Shown here: piece by piece, positions 35,920-48,853 of the stretch | How positions within the stretch are numbered: the stretch's first letter is position 1 | How the letters are laid out: each line of letters begins with the position of its first letter | DNA from: Lepidodermella squamata | Taxonomy: Eukaryota > Animalia > Gastrotricha | NCBI GenBank assembly: GCA_047495785.1 | Contig: JBLDXI010000001.1 | Coordinates: forward strand, 1,674,001-1,738,000 | Direction: 5' to 3' | Length of the DNA stretch: 64,000 nucleotides | Notes under the pieces: generated by a model | Seen by the model: the letters and a program-made list of their open reading frames with translations, nothing else | Told to the model about the DNA's origin: nothing | Databases searched by the model: none | Translations under genes and position numbers: made by a program

Positions 35920-36443
35920 CATAACTTATTTTTTTCCTGCCCCAATATGCATAACTCACGATTTTGACCTGAAAATAACTGGAAAGGGTAAATCGACAAC
36001 GTAGATCACGATTCTGATGTCAGAATGCAGTAGAAATGTACAGAAACCCCGTTTTTGACCAATCGCCCAAAACGGGACATTGGCAGTTGGCAGACTTGAT
36101 AGTGGCTTTTACACTGGCTTTTTTTTGTTGGTTTTTAACCGCTCTGTGAATAACGGGGTGGGTAATTACGTATTATAGACTCACTTAGCTACCCCTTTTG
36201 ACACCAGGCATAAAGAAATCGCGGTTAAAAACCAACAAAAAAAAGCCAGTGTAAAAGCCACTATCAAGTCTGCCAACTGCCAATGTCCCGTTTTGGGCGA
36301 TTGGTCAAAAACGGGGTTTCTGTACATTTCTACTGCATTCTGACATCAGAATCGTGATCTACGTTGTCGATTTACCCTTTCCAGTTATTTTCAGGTCAAA
36401 ATCGTGAGTTATGCATATTGGGGCAGGAAAAAAATAAGTTATG
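35920..36443. repeat. Inverted repeat, 223-bp arms with 78-bp spacer
   Basis: 35920-36142 is the reverse complement of 36221-36443; no mismatch seen by eye. Confidence 0.92.
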
Positions 36444-36781
36444 CATCAAAAGGGCACGGCCCCAATGGTGCATAATCGTGGCTCACTTCGGCTGATCAAC
36501 AATGGCTCATCGGCCATGTGTTGCATAACCGTGAGCTTTTGTGGGGTGATTAAGGGGACCCTAAGACACATCCCAGCGCAAACCGCTTCGAAAAAGACCC
36601 AACGGCTGATGAGAAACAAATTTTCAAAATTTTGACCCCTCATTTATGCATCATTAGGAGACTCTACCCTAGCTTCATTTAAAAAAAAATCATAAATTGC
36701 TGTTATAGTTGTATTTAATCATTGGCATATAATTTAATGGCAAAGCTCGCGAATAACTGAGTGATTATTTGACATTTTTGG

Positions 36782-38209
36782 CATGTGACGTACAGTTTGG
36801 TCTGAAAATAGTAAAGAACGCGCATTTCTTCAAATAATTGCGTTTTCAGATAATGATCACGAGGCTAATCAATTTCTTCAATCTATTGATCAGCTTCAAT
36901 TCAATGGCGCACATCTGATTAGCCAATTTCGAGGGAAAAAAGAAAATCAGTCCTAATTATTTAAAAATCATTAAAACAAAATTGTAATTTGAAATATGGA
37001 TTAAGAGAGGATATGCCATGTTAAAGAGAAGGATTCTGGTTGCACCTGCACGCTCAATGAAAGATGACCCAAAATATCAAAGACCTTTCCAATATGTATA
37101 TAGTTGGCTCCAATCCCAGACCTGTAGGTGGAAAAGCCATATTTAGACTAACCCTCACAGAGTCATCGTTCGTTAAGCGCATGTCCCTACCGCCAATGTC
37201 GCCGAATTCACTAATATTTCAATAATAAAAACCATATTTTCAGGTCAAGAGATTTTAACAGATAATGTTTCCCAGGTTCTCAAACTGTAAATAACAAGTT
37301 CAACAATACCTTATAAAGGCTCTTTGAATTCGTCTTCTACCGAAGAATTCCAATTAATTTGAAGTTCAAACCTTAAATAAATTGCCATTTGCGTGGAATT
37401 AGCTCTTTTTTTCCTAGATTGGCATCTACACCTTCACTTCTACCGCAACTTGATCACTAACTAGGCCAGATAATTGAAGGCAGGAAAAGGCACTTTGTTT
37501 TTTCTGTCACAAAAATAAGTCCTAACCATTGAATTGAAACTTTTAATTTTTTCAAATTTTCTTTGGGGCTTGGATAATGACCCTTCTCTTACTGCTTGTC
37601 TCCTTCACGGTAATGTAATAAGGTAAAACTCTAAACCGCGTTAATTTATAGCTTCGATAAATTATGTTCTGAATTCTTTTTAATAAAGTCAATTTTCAAT
37701 TAAAATCATTTTTTTTCAAAATGAAAAAAGCTGATAGAGAAAATTAACTCCAACTACTGCTACAAGCTACAAGGTCATGTGCCCATCACATGATAACCAT
37801 CATTCAACTTTTTTTCAACTACGATTCGCGAATCTTAAGTCGCAGCTTTACTAGTTTTAGACCACACTGTAGATAGGACGCCGCACTCAGAGCACGCCGG
37901 CTGACCAAAAGACGTGTTCGCTTTTTTGCTCATGAATTTTTTGCTTTTTTGCTCGCAAAAATTAGTGTTTTGGCGCGATTTCCGAGACGCTACCAGGATG
38001 AGATGCATCTTTGAAGATGAATTCTGATGATGGATGGCAGCATCTGCTCAAAATTTGATCAAAAGTCAACAGAAATAGCACGAAATAGGAAAATAATGAC
38101 ATGATTCATCTCATTACATTTGAAACGATGAACTTTGCTCCTTATTAGTCTCACTTCAATTTTTCGTGCCCGAAAACCTCTTAGTGCGGCGTCCTATCTA
38201 CGTCACATG
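36782..38209. mobile_element. Second copy of the 8-bp-TSD MITE with nested Tc1-like element (36793-37869)
   Basis: Same TIRs and TSD ATTTTTGG (36774-81, 38210-17); lacks the piggyBac-like fragment; copied with the gene duplication. Confidence 0.85.
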
Positions 38210-38422
38210 ATTTTTGGCACCTGACAGAAGGGTGGTAAATGCACACGAACAGAGTGTAAAAATCGTGCTCTCTGTTCCCTAGACTGTTTGCTTGCTCTGC
38301 ATGTAGGCGTTCTAGTATACTTATATCGGCCTGAACCTGAAATTGGAGACATGGCCCTGGTGCCACCTACGTGCTGGCACGGAAATAAAAGGCGAAAAAT
38401 ATTGGGAAAACAAAGATTAATC

Positions 38423-40482
38423 ATGGCTGTGTTGCCATTTTTTGTTTTAGCTTTGCTACAAGTTGTAGCAGCTCAACAGAGCTCTCCTGTTGTTAATACA
38501 AGATCAGGCCCGGTGAGAGGTAAAATCGTTACTGTGGCCTCTAATCCGAGCCAAATCGATGTCTACCAATTCACTGGCATTCCATTTGCGAAACCTCCAG
38601 TCGGTGATCTCAGGCTGAGAAAAACGCAATCCGTCCAACCGTGGACAACGATTCTCGATGCAACTAACGATCCACCCCAATGCATGCAGAGTGCCATGCA
38701 AATTCCCGGTGGTCCTACTCTTGCGTCGAAAATGTCCGAAGACTGCCTGTACCTCAACATTTGGGCGCCTAAGGCCGCGGTCGATAGCGCTCTTAGTGGT
38801 CAAAATAGCCAAAAATTGAGCGTTTACGTATTCATCCACGGCGGCGCTTTTGTCATGGGTTCAATCAGCGATAAGACACTCAATGGGGTGTATCTATCAG
38901 GACTTAGCAATGTCATAGTCGTAACAATCCAGTACCGACTCGGGTCATTAGGATTTGCCTATCAGGGTAACATCTACGCCCCGGGTAATATGGGGCTTTG
39001 GGACCAACTTGAGGCTTTAAAATGGATAAATGCTAACATCGGTTCATTCGGGGGTGACAATACGGCAGTAACAATTGGTGGCCAGAGCGCTGGCGGGTCT
39101 GCTGTTACCGCTCACTTGCTGTCACCCTACAGCAGGCCCTATTTCCAGCGAGCAATTATCGAATCAGGCGCCGCAACCATGGTATGGGGTAGGCGAAATT
39201 CCTCGATCGTCAGGCGAACTTCGGACATTGTTCTCAGCACGATTTGCATGCCTACTTCAAACATCGAAACCTGGATGCAATGCCTTAGCCGAGCTAATGC
39301 TTCGTCATTTCCAGCTGCAGATTCGTCCCCGGCTGGTAAACAAATCGTTAAGGAGGACAATTTCTCCCCTGTAGTCGATGGCGACTTCATTCCTCGAGAT
39401 CCGTCGTCAATGCTAGCTTCAGGCGACTTTTCGAAAGTCCCAATTTTGATAGGAATGACTAAGGACGAAGCTTCCTTCCAGCTGGTAATGCCTGATGGCA
39501 GTAATCCTCCCCTTTTCGGCCTGCAACCCAGTCAGTTGACAAATGCCCATTACAAAACGCTTATTTCTGAACGCTTCATCGATTTTCATCAACTACTGCA
39601 TGACAGCAATAGTACAACTGCGAAGTTGAGGGTTACCTCGGCAATTGAATTTCAATATCAGCCGAAAAGTCAAGGTTTAGCGATTTTCCAAGCAGTCAGT
39701 GATGCTGATAGTGACTACACGTTCAAATGTCCCGTTTTGGCTTGGGCTAAAGGTACGGCCAGTGCTAGGGCTCAGGTCTATGCCTTCATGTTCAGCCACG
39801 TGACGGAAAGTTCTATGAGCTATATTGGAGCGAAACACGGCGATGAACTTCAGTAAATTTCGATTTTCAATATTTTTCAAGCTAATAATTCGGTTTTTCA
39901 GATACATGTTTGGTGAGCCTTTGGCTGGATCCAACAACTCTTACTCCGCCACTGAAAAGGTCCTCAGTCTAACTATGATGGCTTACTGGTCGAATTTCAT
40001 AAAATATGGGTTAGTATTCAAGATCTAGCCTTGAAATCGATTGAACTTAGATTTTCACCAGAAATCCTAACGGCATTGGACAAAGCCGTCTTCGAACTTG
40101 GCCGTCCTATTCCGGCTCTGGTTGTTCGAAACAAGTTTTCGACATAACCATAGCCAGCGTAGTAAACAAAACCAGCCCCGACTCGCAGGCCATTATTTGC
40201 GACTACAAGAGAAACGACTGTGAGATGGTGAGTAGTATAGTTGATGATCAGCTTTCAGCTATCATCCCTCTTTTGTTGTGTTGTTGTTTTTTCATACGGG
40301 CGTTTGTTTATTAGTTTTGGAATGACTACATGCCGAAACTCGTCGCAGCAGCGTTGAACAACCAGCAAACATCAATAACGACAACACGCGCCTATAGACC
40401 AAGACCGCCTCACGGAAGAGGAGGCTATAATAATCGAAATAACGATGATGACTCGTCGCGGGACGGCGATAGGCGCGGCTGA
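38423..40482 (+). CDS. CCE10: secreted carboxylesterase, triplicate copy 3
   Basis: Triad intact; shorter tail TTRAYRPRPPHGRGGYNNRNNDDDSSRDGDRRG*. Confidence 0.93.
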
Positions 40483-41006
40483 AAAACAAAACATTTGCTT
40501 TTCAAAGAAAACAAAGTAAAAAACGTTTTCAAACACACAATAAATTGCTTGCTTGCTTGCTCAATAAAAAGTGGTTGATGTATTACACTGATGCGTTGTT
40601 GTTAAAAATATTTGTTTTATATAGCGGCGATCGATAAAAACGGCGGGCTAGGCGTTGTTCAGTTTTTTTGCAATATTTTTCATATAGGTAAGTTTGGCGG
40701 CTAAAAATAATTATTGTTCATTTATTTATTTACTACTCGCACTCTCATAGCAGCTCGTGCGCGCTATTTACGCTGCGATGGTACTGCTTTAATAATAATT
40801 ATTAAACTTTAATTGGTCAACTACTGCCGGCCATCGTCGCGTAGAGATGACGATGAGCTTATAGCATAGCGCTTATTCTAACCTTTATATCACCTATTTG
40901 TGGCCAATATTTCATATATTTTTTTTATCGGACAATTTTTCTCTATTTTCTAATGTCTCAAACATTCCTATTTTATCCTAATTTTTCCCATATTTAGACA
41001 TTTATA

Positions 41007-43189
41007 ATGCGAGACTATCAACTAAATATTTTAATTTTCTTTCAATTTTGCCCGTCTATTTTCGCTCAACTCCTTACGAGTCGAGACAATGGCGCGATTG
41101 TTGCGACAGAATTGGGCCGGGTTAAGGGCAAATTAGTCGGAACGTCACAGCCCGTCTACGAATTTCTAGGCATCCCATACGCCGAGCCGCCCATCGGCGA
41201 ACTTCGATTTAAAAAGCCAGCTCCGAAGCGACCCTGGAAAATAACGTATGATACAACCAACCGGCTGCCAAATTTTTGCATGCAACATCTCGCCGATCAC
41301 GGGCTCAGCCTCAGCATGCAACACAACGCAACTATGAAAGGGTCGAAAATGTCCGAGGACTGTCTCTACCTCAACATATGGGTGCCGAAGAACGCACTGA
41401 CCACGTCTAGTAAGAACAAATCCTTTTCGACCTTAGTCTTCATCCACGGTGGGGCGTTTATCACCGGAGACATCATGCAAGATCTGTACAATGGCACGAT
41501 TTTAGCTGGCTATAATAACATAATTGTCGTGACTATTCAATACCGTCTCGGTTCGCTGGGTTTTGCGTATTTCAATCATAAAGACGCGCCGGGTAACCAG
41601 GGTCTTTGGGACCAACTTGAGGCTTTGAAATGGGTCAAGCAAAATATTGGGTTTTTTGGCGGCAACTCGAGTGACGTCACAATTGTTGGCCAAAACGCTG
41701 GTGCTATTTCAGTTTCTCTTCACATGTTATCACCGTATAGCCGGCCCTATTTCAAACGAGCTATTATTCAATCAGGCTCAGCGCTAGCAGCTTGGGCAGT
41801 TCGGCCGGCGAACGAGGCAGCGAAAATTGCGAATTTACTATTCCAAGCCGTTTCGTCTGAGAAGATTTGCGAGGGTCTAAACGAGGTCAGAGCGGATATG
41901 GAGACAAAGTTGAGGTGTTTACGGGCTGTTAGTGATGCGAATCTGTTCCCGAAAACAGACCTCGAACTTGCATTCTCCGGGCTTGGAATAGCTTTCGCCC
42001 CAGTCATAGACGGCGATTTCATACAGAAAAATCCGATGACGATGTTGGAAAATGGCGATTTCGCGAAAGTTCCGGTTTTGCTGGGTGTTACTAAGGACGA
42101 GGGATCTCAATTCCTTATGCTAAGCCCTCAGGTAAGATATTTATGAAAAATCCTAAAAAAAAGTTTAAGGAGGAATTTTTTAATTTAATTTTTAATTAAT
42201 ATTAATAAATTAACTTTAATCAATTTTTTGTACAGGCTATGCAAATCTTACCGAATTTTGTGAATCCTAACAAGCCGATGTCAAACATCACTATCAATCA
42301 TTTGAAAATGTTACTTCAAAGCGGTAGTTTCAGCATGTTCAGCGATGCTCCGCAGCTGCGAAGCAATCTTCTTCTGAACGCAATCCGAGTCCAATATTGG
42401 CCACCGGATAAGCGAGGCGAAGATGGCTATCCAAAAGGCGGCGATGTCGTAAAAGCAGCCATCGATGCCGGTGGCGATTTTGCCTTCACCTGTCCAACAG
42501 TAACTTGGGGCCAATTGATGGCGACGAATAGATCAAAGGCCAATCAAGTACCTATGTACGCTTATTATTTTACGCATCACCGGCGCGGGTCTCTTCTCCC
42601 CTCTTGGATGGGGACTATGCATGGTTCGTTAAAATAAAAAAATTCAATTCCTTAAAAATTCCTGTATTGATTTTAGGGGATGAAATAGCGTACGTTTTCG
42701 GAGAACCATTCTCACCGAATTCACGCGTAATGTCATATAATTCCGACGACAAAGTGAGTCTAATTATCGAGGTCATGAGTCGAAACCAGTTTTTTTGAAT
42801 TTCAAGGCTCTATCCCGAAAAATGATGGCCTACTGGAGCAATTTTGCAAAAAGCGGGTAATTAATTGCGATTTAATGTGAGAGCTTAATTATTTCGATTT
42901 TTTTGGCAGCGATCCAAACACTGGTGACCAATACAGCAATCAACACTTGAAGCTCCGAACTTGGCCTCGATTTACGGGTGACCAGTGTCCTACTCGGTTT
43001 TTCGAAATCAGCGTGCTCACTCAAGTTTTCGTTTACGGTCACGCGACTTTATGCGGTTTAAAGGCGCGAGAATGCGCGGTAATTTTCACTCCTTAAAAAT
43101 ATTGCCTAGGTCTGCATATTTTTTTTCTCAAGTTCTGGTACGATGTCTTCGAGCCATTATCGCAATTATTCGAGCGAGCTTACTACTGA
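41007..43189 (+). CDS. CCE11: secreted esterase-fold protein lacking the catalytic Ser (GQNAG)
   Basis: Nucleophile codon is AAC at 41694; TKDEG and GTMHGDE retained; last exon FWYDVFEPLSQLFERAYY*. Confidence 0.9.
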
Positions 43190-43516
43190 GTACTTGGCCG
43201 CATTTTTCATTTCGAAATTGATACGCATTAGTTTTTTCGCCGTTGAGTCATCCGTGCTAGAGTATATTAAACTGAAAAAAATATTGATTGTAATATGATC
43301 TTCTCACTTGTATCTTCAACTTTTCGAATCAGATTTATTATACTTGCTAATGAGTTGTAGAAAAGCGCGTGAATTTCGTATTCGAGAGGTGAAGATAAGC
43401 CGCCTTGTGCCTGCAGGCTAGCTCAAAGCAAGGCGAGAAAAGCGAATAAAATCGATAATTTTCTAACGCACTTTGCTTTTTGTTTTGCTAATTTCTCAAC
43501 AATTTGTAATTTCGCC

Positions 43517-46500
43517 ATGGCGCAGCCGGCTGCTTCGGCTACAACAGGTCAAGCGAATCAGAGTTCAACGGCCCAGAACGCCTCATCAAATGCTCGAGCT
43601 CACCAACTCCAACAAGTCTGTTCCAACTCACTACCGAAAAAATTATTCGGCACAGTTAAAAAGTTGATTTAAAATTAAAATAAAATTCGTAAAATTAAGT
43701 TTTCAAATACGAATTTAGATTTCTCTTGACAGCAACTATAAGCCATGACTCGAACACCTATTACGCCTGGCTGTGGATTGTTTCTTGCGCTGTTCTCTAC
43801 AACATCGTAGTTGTACCATTGCGAGCGTCTTTCATCGACGCAAATCTCGATAACATTCAGGGCTGGTTCGTAATCGACTACCTAATCGTCGATGTAATTT
43901 ACCTGATCGATATGATGATAAGAGCCCGCACCACCTTCTTCCACCAAGGCATAACCGTGACGGATACAAAGCTTCTACGACAACGATACATGAAAACATG
44001 GCAGTTCTGGCTCGATGTCTTGAGTCTTCTGCCGACGGATTTGATAATGATTGGCTTAACCCCAGTTTACATTATTGTTCGTATTAATCGGTTGCTCCGT
44101 GTCGGCCGGTTTTTCGAAATGATGACTCGGGTTGAAAGCAGCGCGGCTTATCCTAATGTTTTTCGATTGGCGACAACAGTTCTCGGTGTATTGATTGCCC
44201 TTCACTATACAGCGATTTTCTATCACTCGTACTCGAAAGCAGTCGGTTTCGGTCGGCCTTATGAAGATCCGGGTAGGGATGAGGATTTAGATGCAGACCA
44301 GTATCAAATGCCACTTTGGCGAGCAAGGAAGCCATTCTTTCAGCGGTAGTTCTAAAATTTTTCGATGAGATTCAATTTTTAATTTCTTTTTTATTCCATA
44401 GCTACACTTACAGTCTTTATTGGTCGACTATGCAGGTAACTACAAAGTCTAGTTTTATTTCAAATTTCCTGTTTTCGATAATAATTTAACAGAATTTATC
44501 TTTTAGCGGAACCTAATTTGCCTGTTGTGGAACCAAACTTATGAAAGGTGCCAATTTCGAAAAAAAATTTTTGATCAGGATTTTTTCGAGTTCTGAAAGT
44601 GAGGACAGAAAATGGCCCACAATTTTACCGTAATTTATTTGAATTATTTTAATGAAAAAAAATTATAAATTGGCTGGACGCTACCCCTAGCGGGTTAGCA
44701 ACCAGAGACGGGGGAACGTACGGTTGTTCCTAGGGATGCGGGTTGCGAGTAGGCGAATGAGTCCCACTAAATAATTGCGCTATATCTAAAGTTGCCGGCT
44801 ATAGAAGAGAGCACTTTAGGCTAATATGCAATATTTCATGAATTCTGGCACACACGTGCGACAACCTAACGCTACCTCATCACGGCCGGAACTACCGCGG
44901 CCTAATGAGCGACCGAGTTATAGCGACTAGAGCTATAAGTCAGGCGAAGTCCCGAGGATATTCCACACGGAAACTCTTTCTGCACCATATATTTAGTAGA
45001 TAGAGATGGCGAGACTACGGCCGAGGTACGTTACAGCGGATAAGGGCAAATCAAATGACTCATCGCAATTACTTACCTATATACCGTAAAAACCGAAATT
45101 GGGTCCTAGGTCTATAATAATGCCTTGCCTGGTTTAAGCCCCCAGTCTGAGCGATGATTGAACTAATAATACATCAGGCCTAAATTAGTGTCTTGGTTTC
45201 TTGGTCTTGCGTCTTGGTAAATATTTTGCACTTGTCACATGACTGAAATTACCAATTGCATTTCGGAGTTAGTTTTAGCAAAAATTCGATTAAATTAATG
45301 CGAAGCTCAAATCTGATCTGGCGAGTAAAAATGCCTGTTAGTTGAGATGAGTTTTCATCATTTCCCGTCAAGAACAACCCAAAACATGTCGAGTTTCATT
45401 TTTCTCATTTGTAACTTTTTCATCGCACACTCTCCTCTTCTGTGGAAAGCATTCCCGAAAGCGTCGAAGCTGAAACCTCGTCAAAGAAGAATGTGACTGG
45501 AAGAATTGAAAAAAATGAAAACGATCTCTACGAAGGGGAAATTTCACTGTTGTTTCATTTTTAAACTCTTTTTCAATTCAATTTCAATCTCATCTCATGA
45601 CGATAGATTCAAATAAATATTACCACAGTCTACAATTGTACCCCGCCTGTAATAAACCCTCACTTATTTCTTGGTTTGAAACTATAAAACCACGGCACCG
45701 GTTTTTACGGTAAGTTTCAAAACTCAACTGCAACACCTATATAATAAAATGTAATATTGCATGGATGCAATGACAGGCATTACAAGGAGATATTGCGATC
45801 TTGCACGTTTTTAAGTTGAAAGTTATTTTTTATTTCATCCTGAACATGAACGTAACGAAGTGAATAACCGCCTTTTCACTTTTCATTGTCCTTTCCTTTC
45901 CTTGCTACTATATACTTACATTTATTAAAGATGCTTGCCCATGACCACAATCAGGAACCGGTCCATATTTCGCGAAACAATGCTATCTCCAGCTAGTAAA
46001 TGCCGATATGGTCACTCAGGGTTATTCTAAGAGAATTCCAAGTCCCCGCTCACCTGACTGCTACGTTGCATTGTAAATCGACAAGTCCCGAGGACTTGAG
46101 AAAAATCTCTATCTCCATAAAATTAGATATCGCAGTCGGTCCAACTGCGAGTGAGTGCGATGACTCTCAGACTCTAAGCTTTAAGAGCTTTATGTGTGAG
46201 TACGATGACCCACGAGTGAGCACGATGACTCAATAAATCTACAGCTATTTGAGTAACTAAAATTCAGAAACTAAGTTTTCTACGGTTTTCGGTCCCTTAT
46301 ATAGACCGTCTAAGCTCCGCCCACTGGGTGAGGGCCGACTTTTATTGGCTAAGCAAATAAAATTATTGCTATAGGTGCAATAAAACTGCGCATTATTATA
46401 GTGCGCGAGGTCATGACCGTGAACGGTCAGAGCGTAGCGGTGGCCACCGCGCGGGGGTGGAGCTTACACGACCGAGAGGCCTATATAACGGGACCAAAAC

Positions 46501-48853
46501 CTCAGTTTATTTAGTTTCTGAATTTCAGTTACTCAAATAGCTGTAGATTTATTGAGTCATCGTGCTCACTCGTGGGTCATCGTACTCACACATAAAGCTC
46601 TTAAAGCTTAGAGTCTGAGAGTCATCGCACTCACTCGCAGTTGGACCGACTGCGATATCTAATTTTATAGAGATAGAGATTTTTCTCAAGTCCTCGGGAC
46701 TTGTCGATTATCCCACGCACTCCCAGTATAGCGGAAGCCCCGGACAGCCAGAATATTGAGTCCTCGGAAACTTAGAACATACGAGTCGCTATAATATTAT
46801 AACTCAGCCTCTGACTAGGGATCGGTAGTCGCGCCTTTTATATATTTTTACAAGGCGGACACAGGTTGTCGTAGAAAAACAGAAGTGAGTTGCCGCCGGT
46901 TGCACCTAGGCCCAGTCACATATGCAAATAAGATAACGCATAATAAATTAAAAATTCGAAGACTTAGAAGATTGACAATTTTACATCAAAAGTCTATAGA
47001 CTCGTGGCTACGGAGTAGTTTTCATCACCAAGTTGATGTTATATCATTCGCCAATTTAAAATTAATGCGGATCGAAAACATAATAGAAAACGAATAATAT
47101 ATTAGCTATGGCATTTTCAGCTGATTTCCGACTTGGGCATTGGCAAATTCATGAGAAGCTTAATTAGAAGACAAAAATTTAACTATCGCTAGGTAATAAA
47201 AGTGCGCGCAATAAAATTGCGCGAGTTAACGATGGAGCGCGACGTTGGCCACCGTGCGCAAAACGGGTGCGGACACCAGGACAAACAAAAAGTAAAACAC
47301 TAACGGTGGAACGCTTTACGTTCCCCCGTCATTCCAGAAAATTTAGAAAAGGCTGTTTTGCGGTTTTGGGAGAACTAATGAATTTAAATTTATTTCCCCT
47401 AAAATTAAGACCCGTAGTATCAATGCTGTTTAATTCAATTTTTTCAAGCTTTGCTTCATCGGAGAAATGCCTCATGGAAAGGCGCCGCATGAACGAATAA
47501 TTCAGGTAAATTTAATCCAAAATCCAATCTTTTCGAATCGATTCGCCTATTATTTTAATCTTTATTCATAGGCAACAATTTGGCTACTTGGTCTCATGGT
47601 ATGATTGATAGAAAATTACCCGTGGGAAAATTACCGAAAATATTATTCATAGATGTTCGGTGCTATCGTCGGTCGTATTGGATTGATTTTAAATAACGTT
47701 GGGGCTTCATCAAACCAATATCAGCTTCAAATCGACTCCATTCGAATCTACCTCAACCTACAAAAGGTTAATTTCAGGCCAAAAATAGGGAACAATTAAT
47801 AACTGCCTTACTTTTTAGGTGTCTCATGGCTTATACGAGAAAGTGATGCTTTGGTTCGGTTATGCGCACGAAAATCGAGTCCTAGGCGGGGAGGAGAAGG
47901 TTCTGAAGAAGTTGCCCGATAAAATGAAAGCTGAAATAGCTTCAGATCAACATTTAGCCGCGCTTAGGAAAGTCCAACTTTTCGCCGAATTGGATTCAAA
48001 TGTCCTCGTAGATCTCGTCACCTCATTCAAGCTGCAAGTCTTCTCACCAGGGGATTTCGTTTGCAAAAAAGGTCCCTATCGAATCATTCATCAAATCGTT
48101 TAAATTTGATTTTTTTATTGATAATAACAGGCGACATTGGTCGAGAAATGTATGTCGTTAAACGAGGCAATTTGGAAGTGGTCTCGGATGACTGCACTAA
48201 GGTTTTTGTAACCTTGAAAGCTGGATCAGTTTTTGGTGAAATTAGCCTCCTTAATATTCCAGGTTTCGACTAAAGGATTCTATTTTATTTAATTCGAATA
48301 ATCTTTTTTCATTTCAGGTAGTAAAACTGGAAATAGGCGAACAGCAAATGTTCGAAGCAAGGGTTACTCGGATTTATTTTCGCTGTCCAAGGACGATTTA
48401 TACACGTGTTTACAAGACTATCCAGACGCCATGCAGAAGCTGGTTGATAAGGGTCTCGAGATTCTGCGGAAGGAGAACAAAATCGACGAAGATGCGATTA
48501 TCATCAAACAACAAGCTGAGGAGGCGATGCGAAATCGCATGGCGGCCATTGAGCGCGGCATCGAAGAGGCGGAGACGCGTTTCGCTCGGCTGATTGCTGA
48601 CATTGGGGCTTCGCGCAAATCGGCATCTCGGCGGTTAGAGTTGCTCGAGCTGCGTATGGACATACCGCCGGTTGATCTGGCTCATGAGGATGGGCAGCCG
48701 ACCGAGGCGGGGGTTACAGCGCCTACGTCTATGTCTGTTACGCCGGCGTCGAAGGGCGTGTTGGTACGGGGCTTAGGGGCGATTCCGACTGTTCAGCTTT
48801 ACCCTGCCACGCCTACTCAACCAACTGTTGCAAGCCCTATCCAGGAGGAATAA
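43517..48853 (+). CDS. Cyclic nucleotide-gated cation channel, alpha (CNGA/TAX-4-like) subunit
   Basis: S1-S5 in exon ~43719-44346 (S4 [14 protein letters not shown]); pore helix [11 protein letters not shown] (44402-44435); filter exon 47449-47505; micro-exon 47572-47598; S6/C-linker from 47653; CNBD with GDIGREMY and FGEISLL...[10 protein letters not shown]; CLZ coiled coil [10 protein letters not shown]. Confidence 0.93.
45084..45710. mobile_element. Tc2/pogo-like MITE (627 bp) in the channel intron
   Basis: 12-bp TIRs CCGTAAAAACCG flanked by TA on both sides. Confidence 0.7.
46076..46709. repeat. Inverted repeat, 199-bp arms, around a 236-bp core
   Basis: 46076-46274 vs reverse complement of 46511-46709; two mismatches seen. 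Confidence 0.92.
46275..46510. promoter_or_regulatory. Putative bidirectional Pol II promoter
   Basis: Outward-facing TATATAA at 46303-46297 (-) and 46482-46488 (+), each starting exactly 29 nt before a TTAGTT Inr-like start. Each is preceded by GGG(C/T)GGAGCTTA GC-box-like sequence; CCAAT on - at ~46344-46348. Confidence 0.6.

Noticed and set aside
46076-46709. CRISPR array, hammerhead ribozyme or Helitron end
   Set aside because: Eukaryotic context with no regular repeat-spacer period, no complete CUGAUGA/GAAA core with stems, and no CTRR after the hairpin.
47121-47195. Alternative pore exon after the tttcag acceptor ([10 protein letters not shown]...)
   Set aside because: Reaches an in-frame TAG before the next GT donor and lacks the GE filter motif; exon 47449-47505 fits better.
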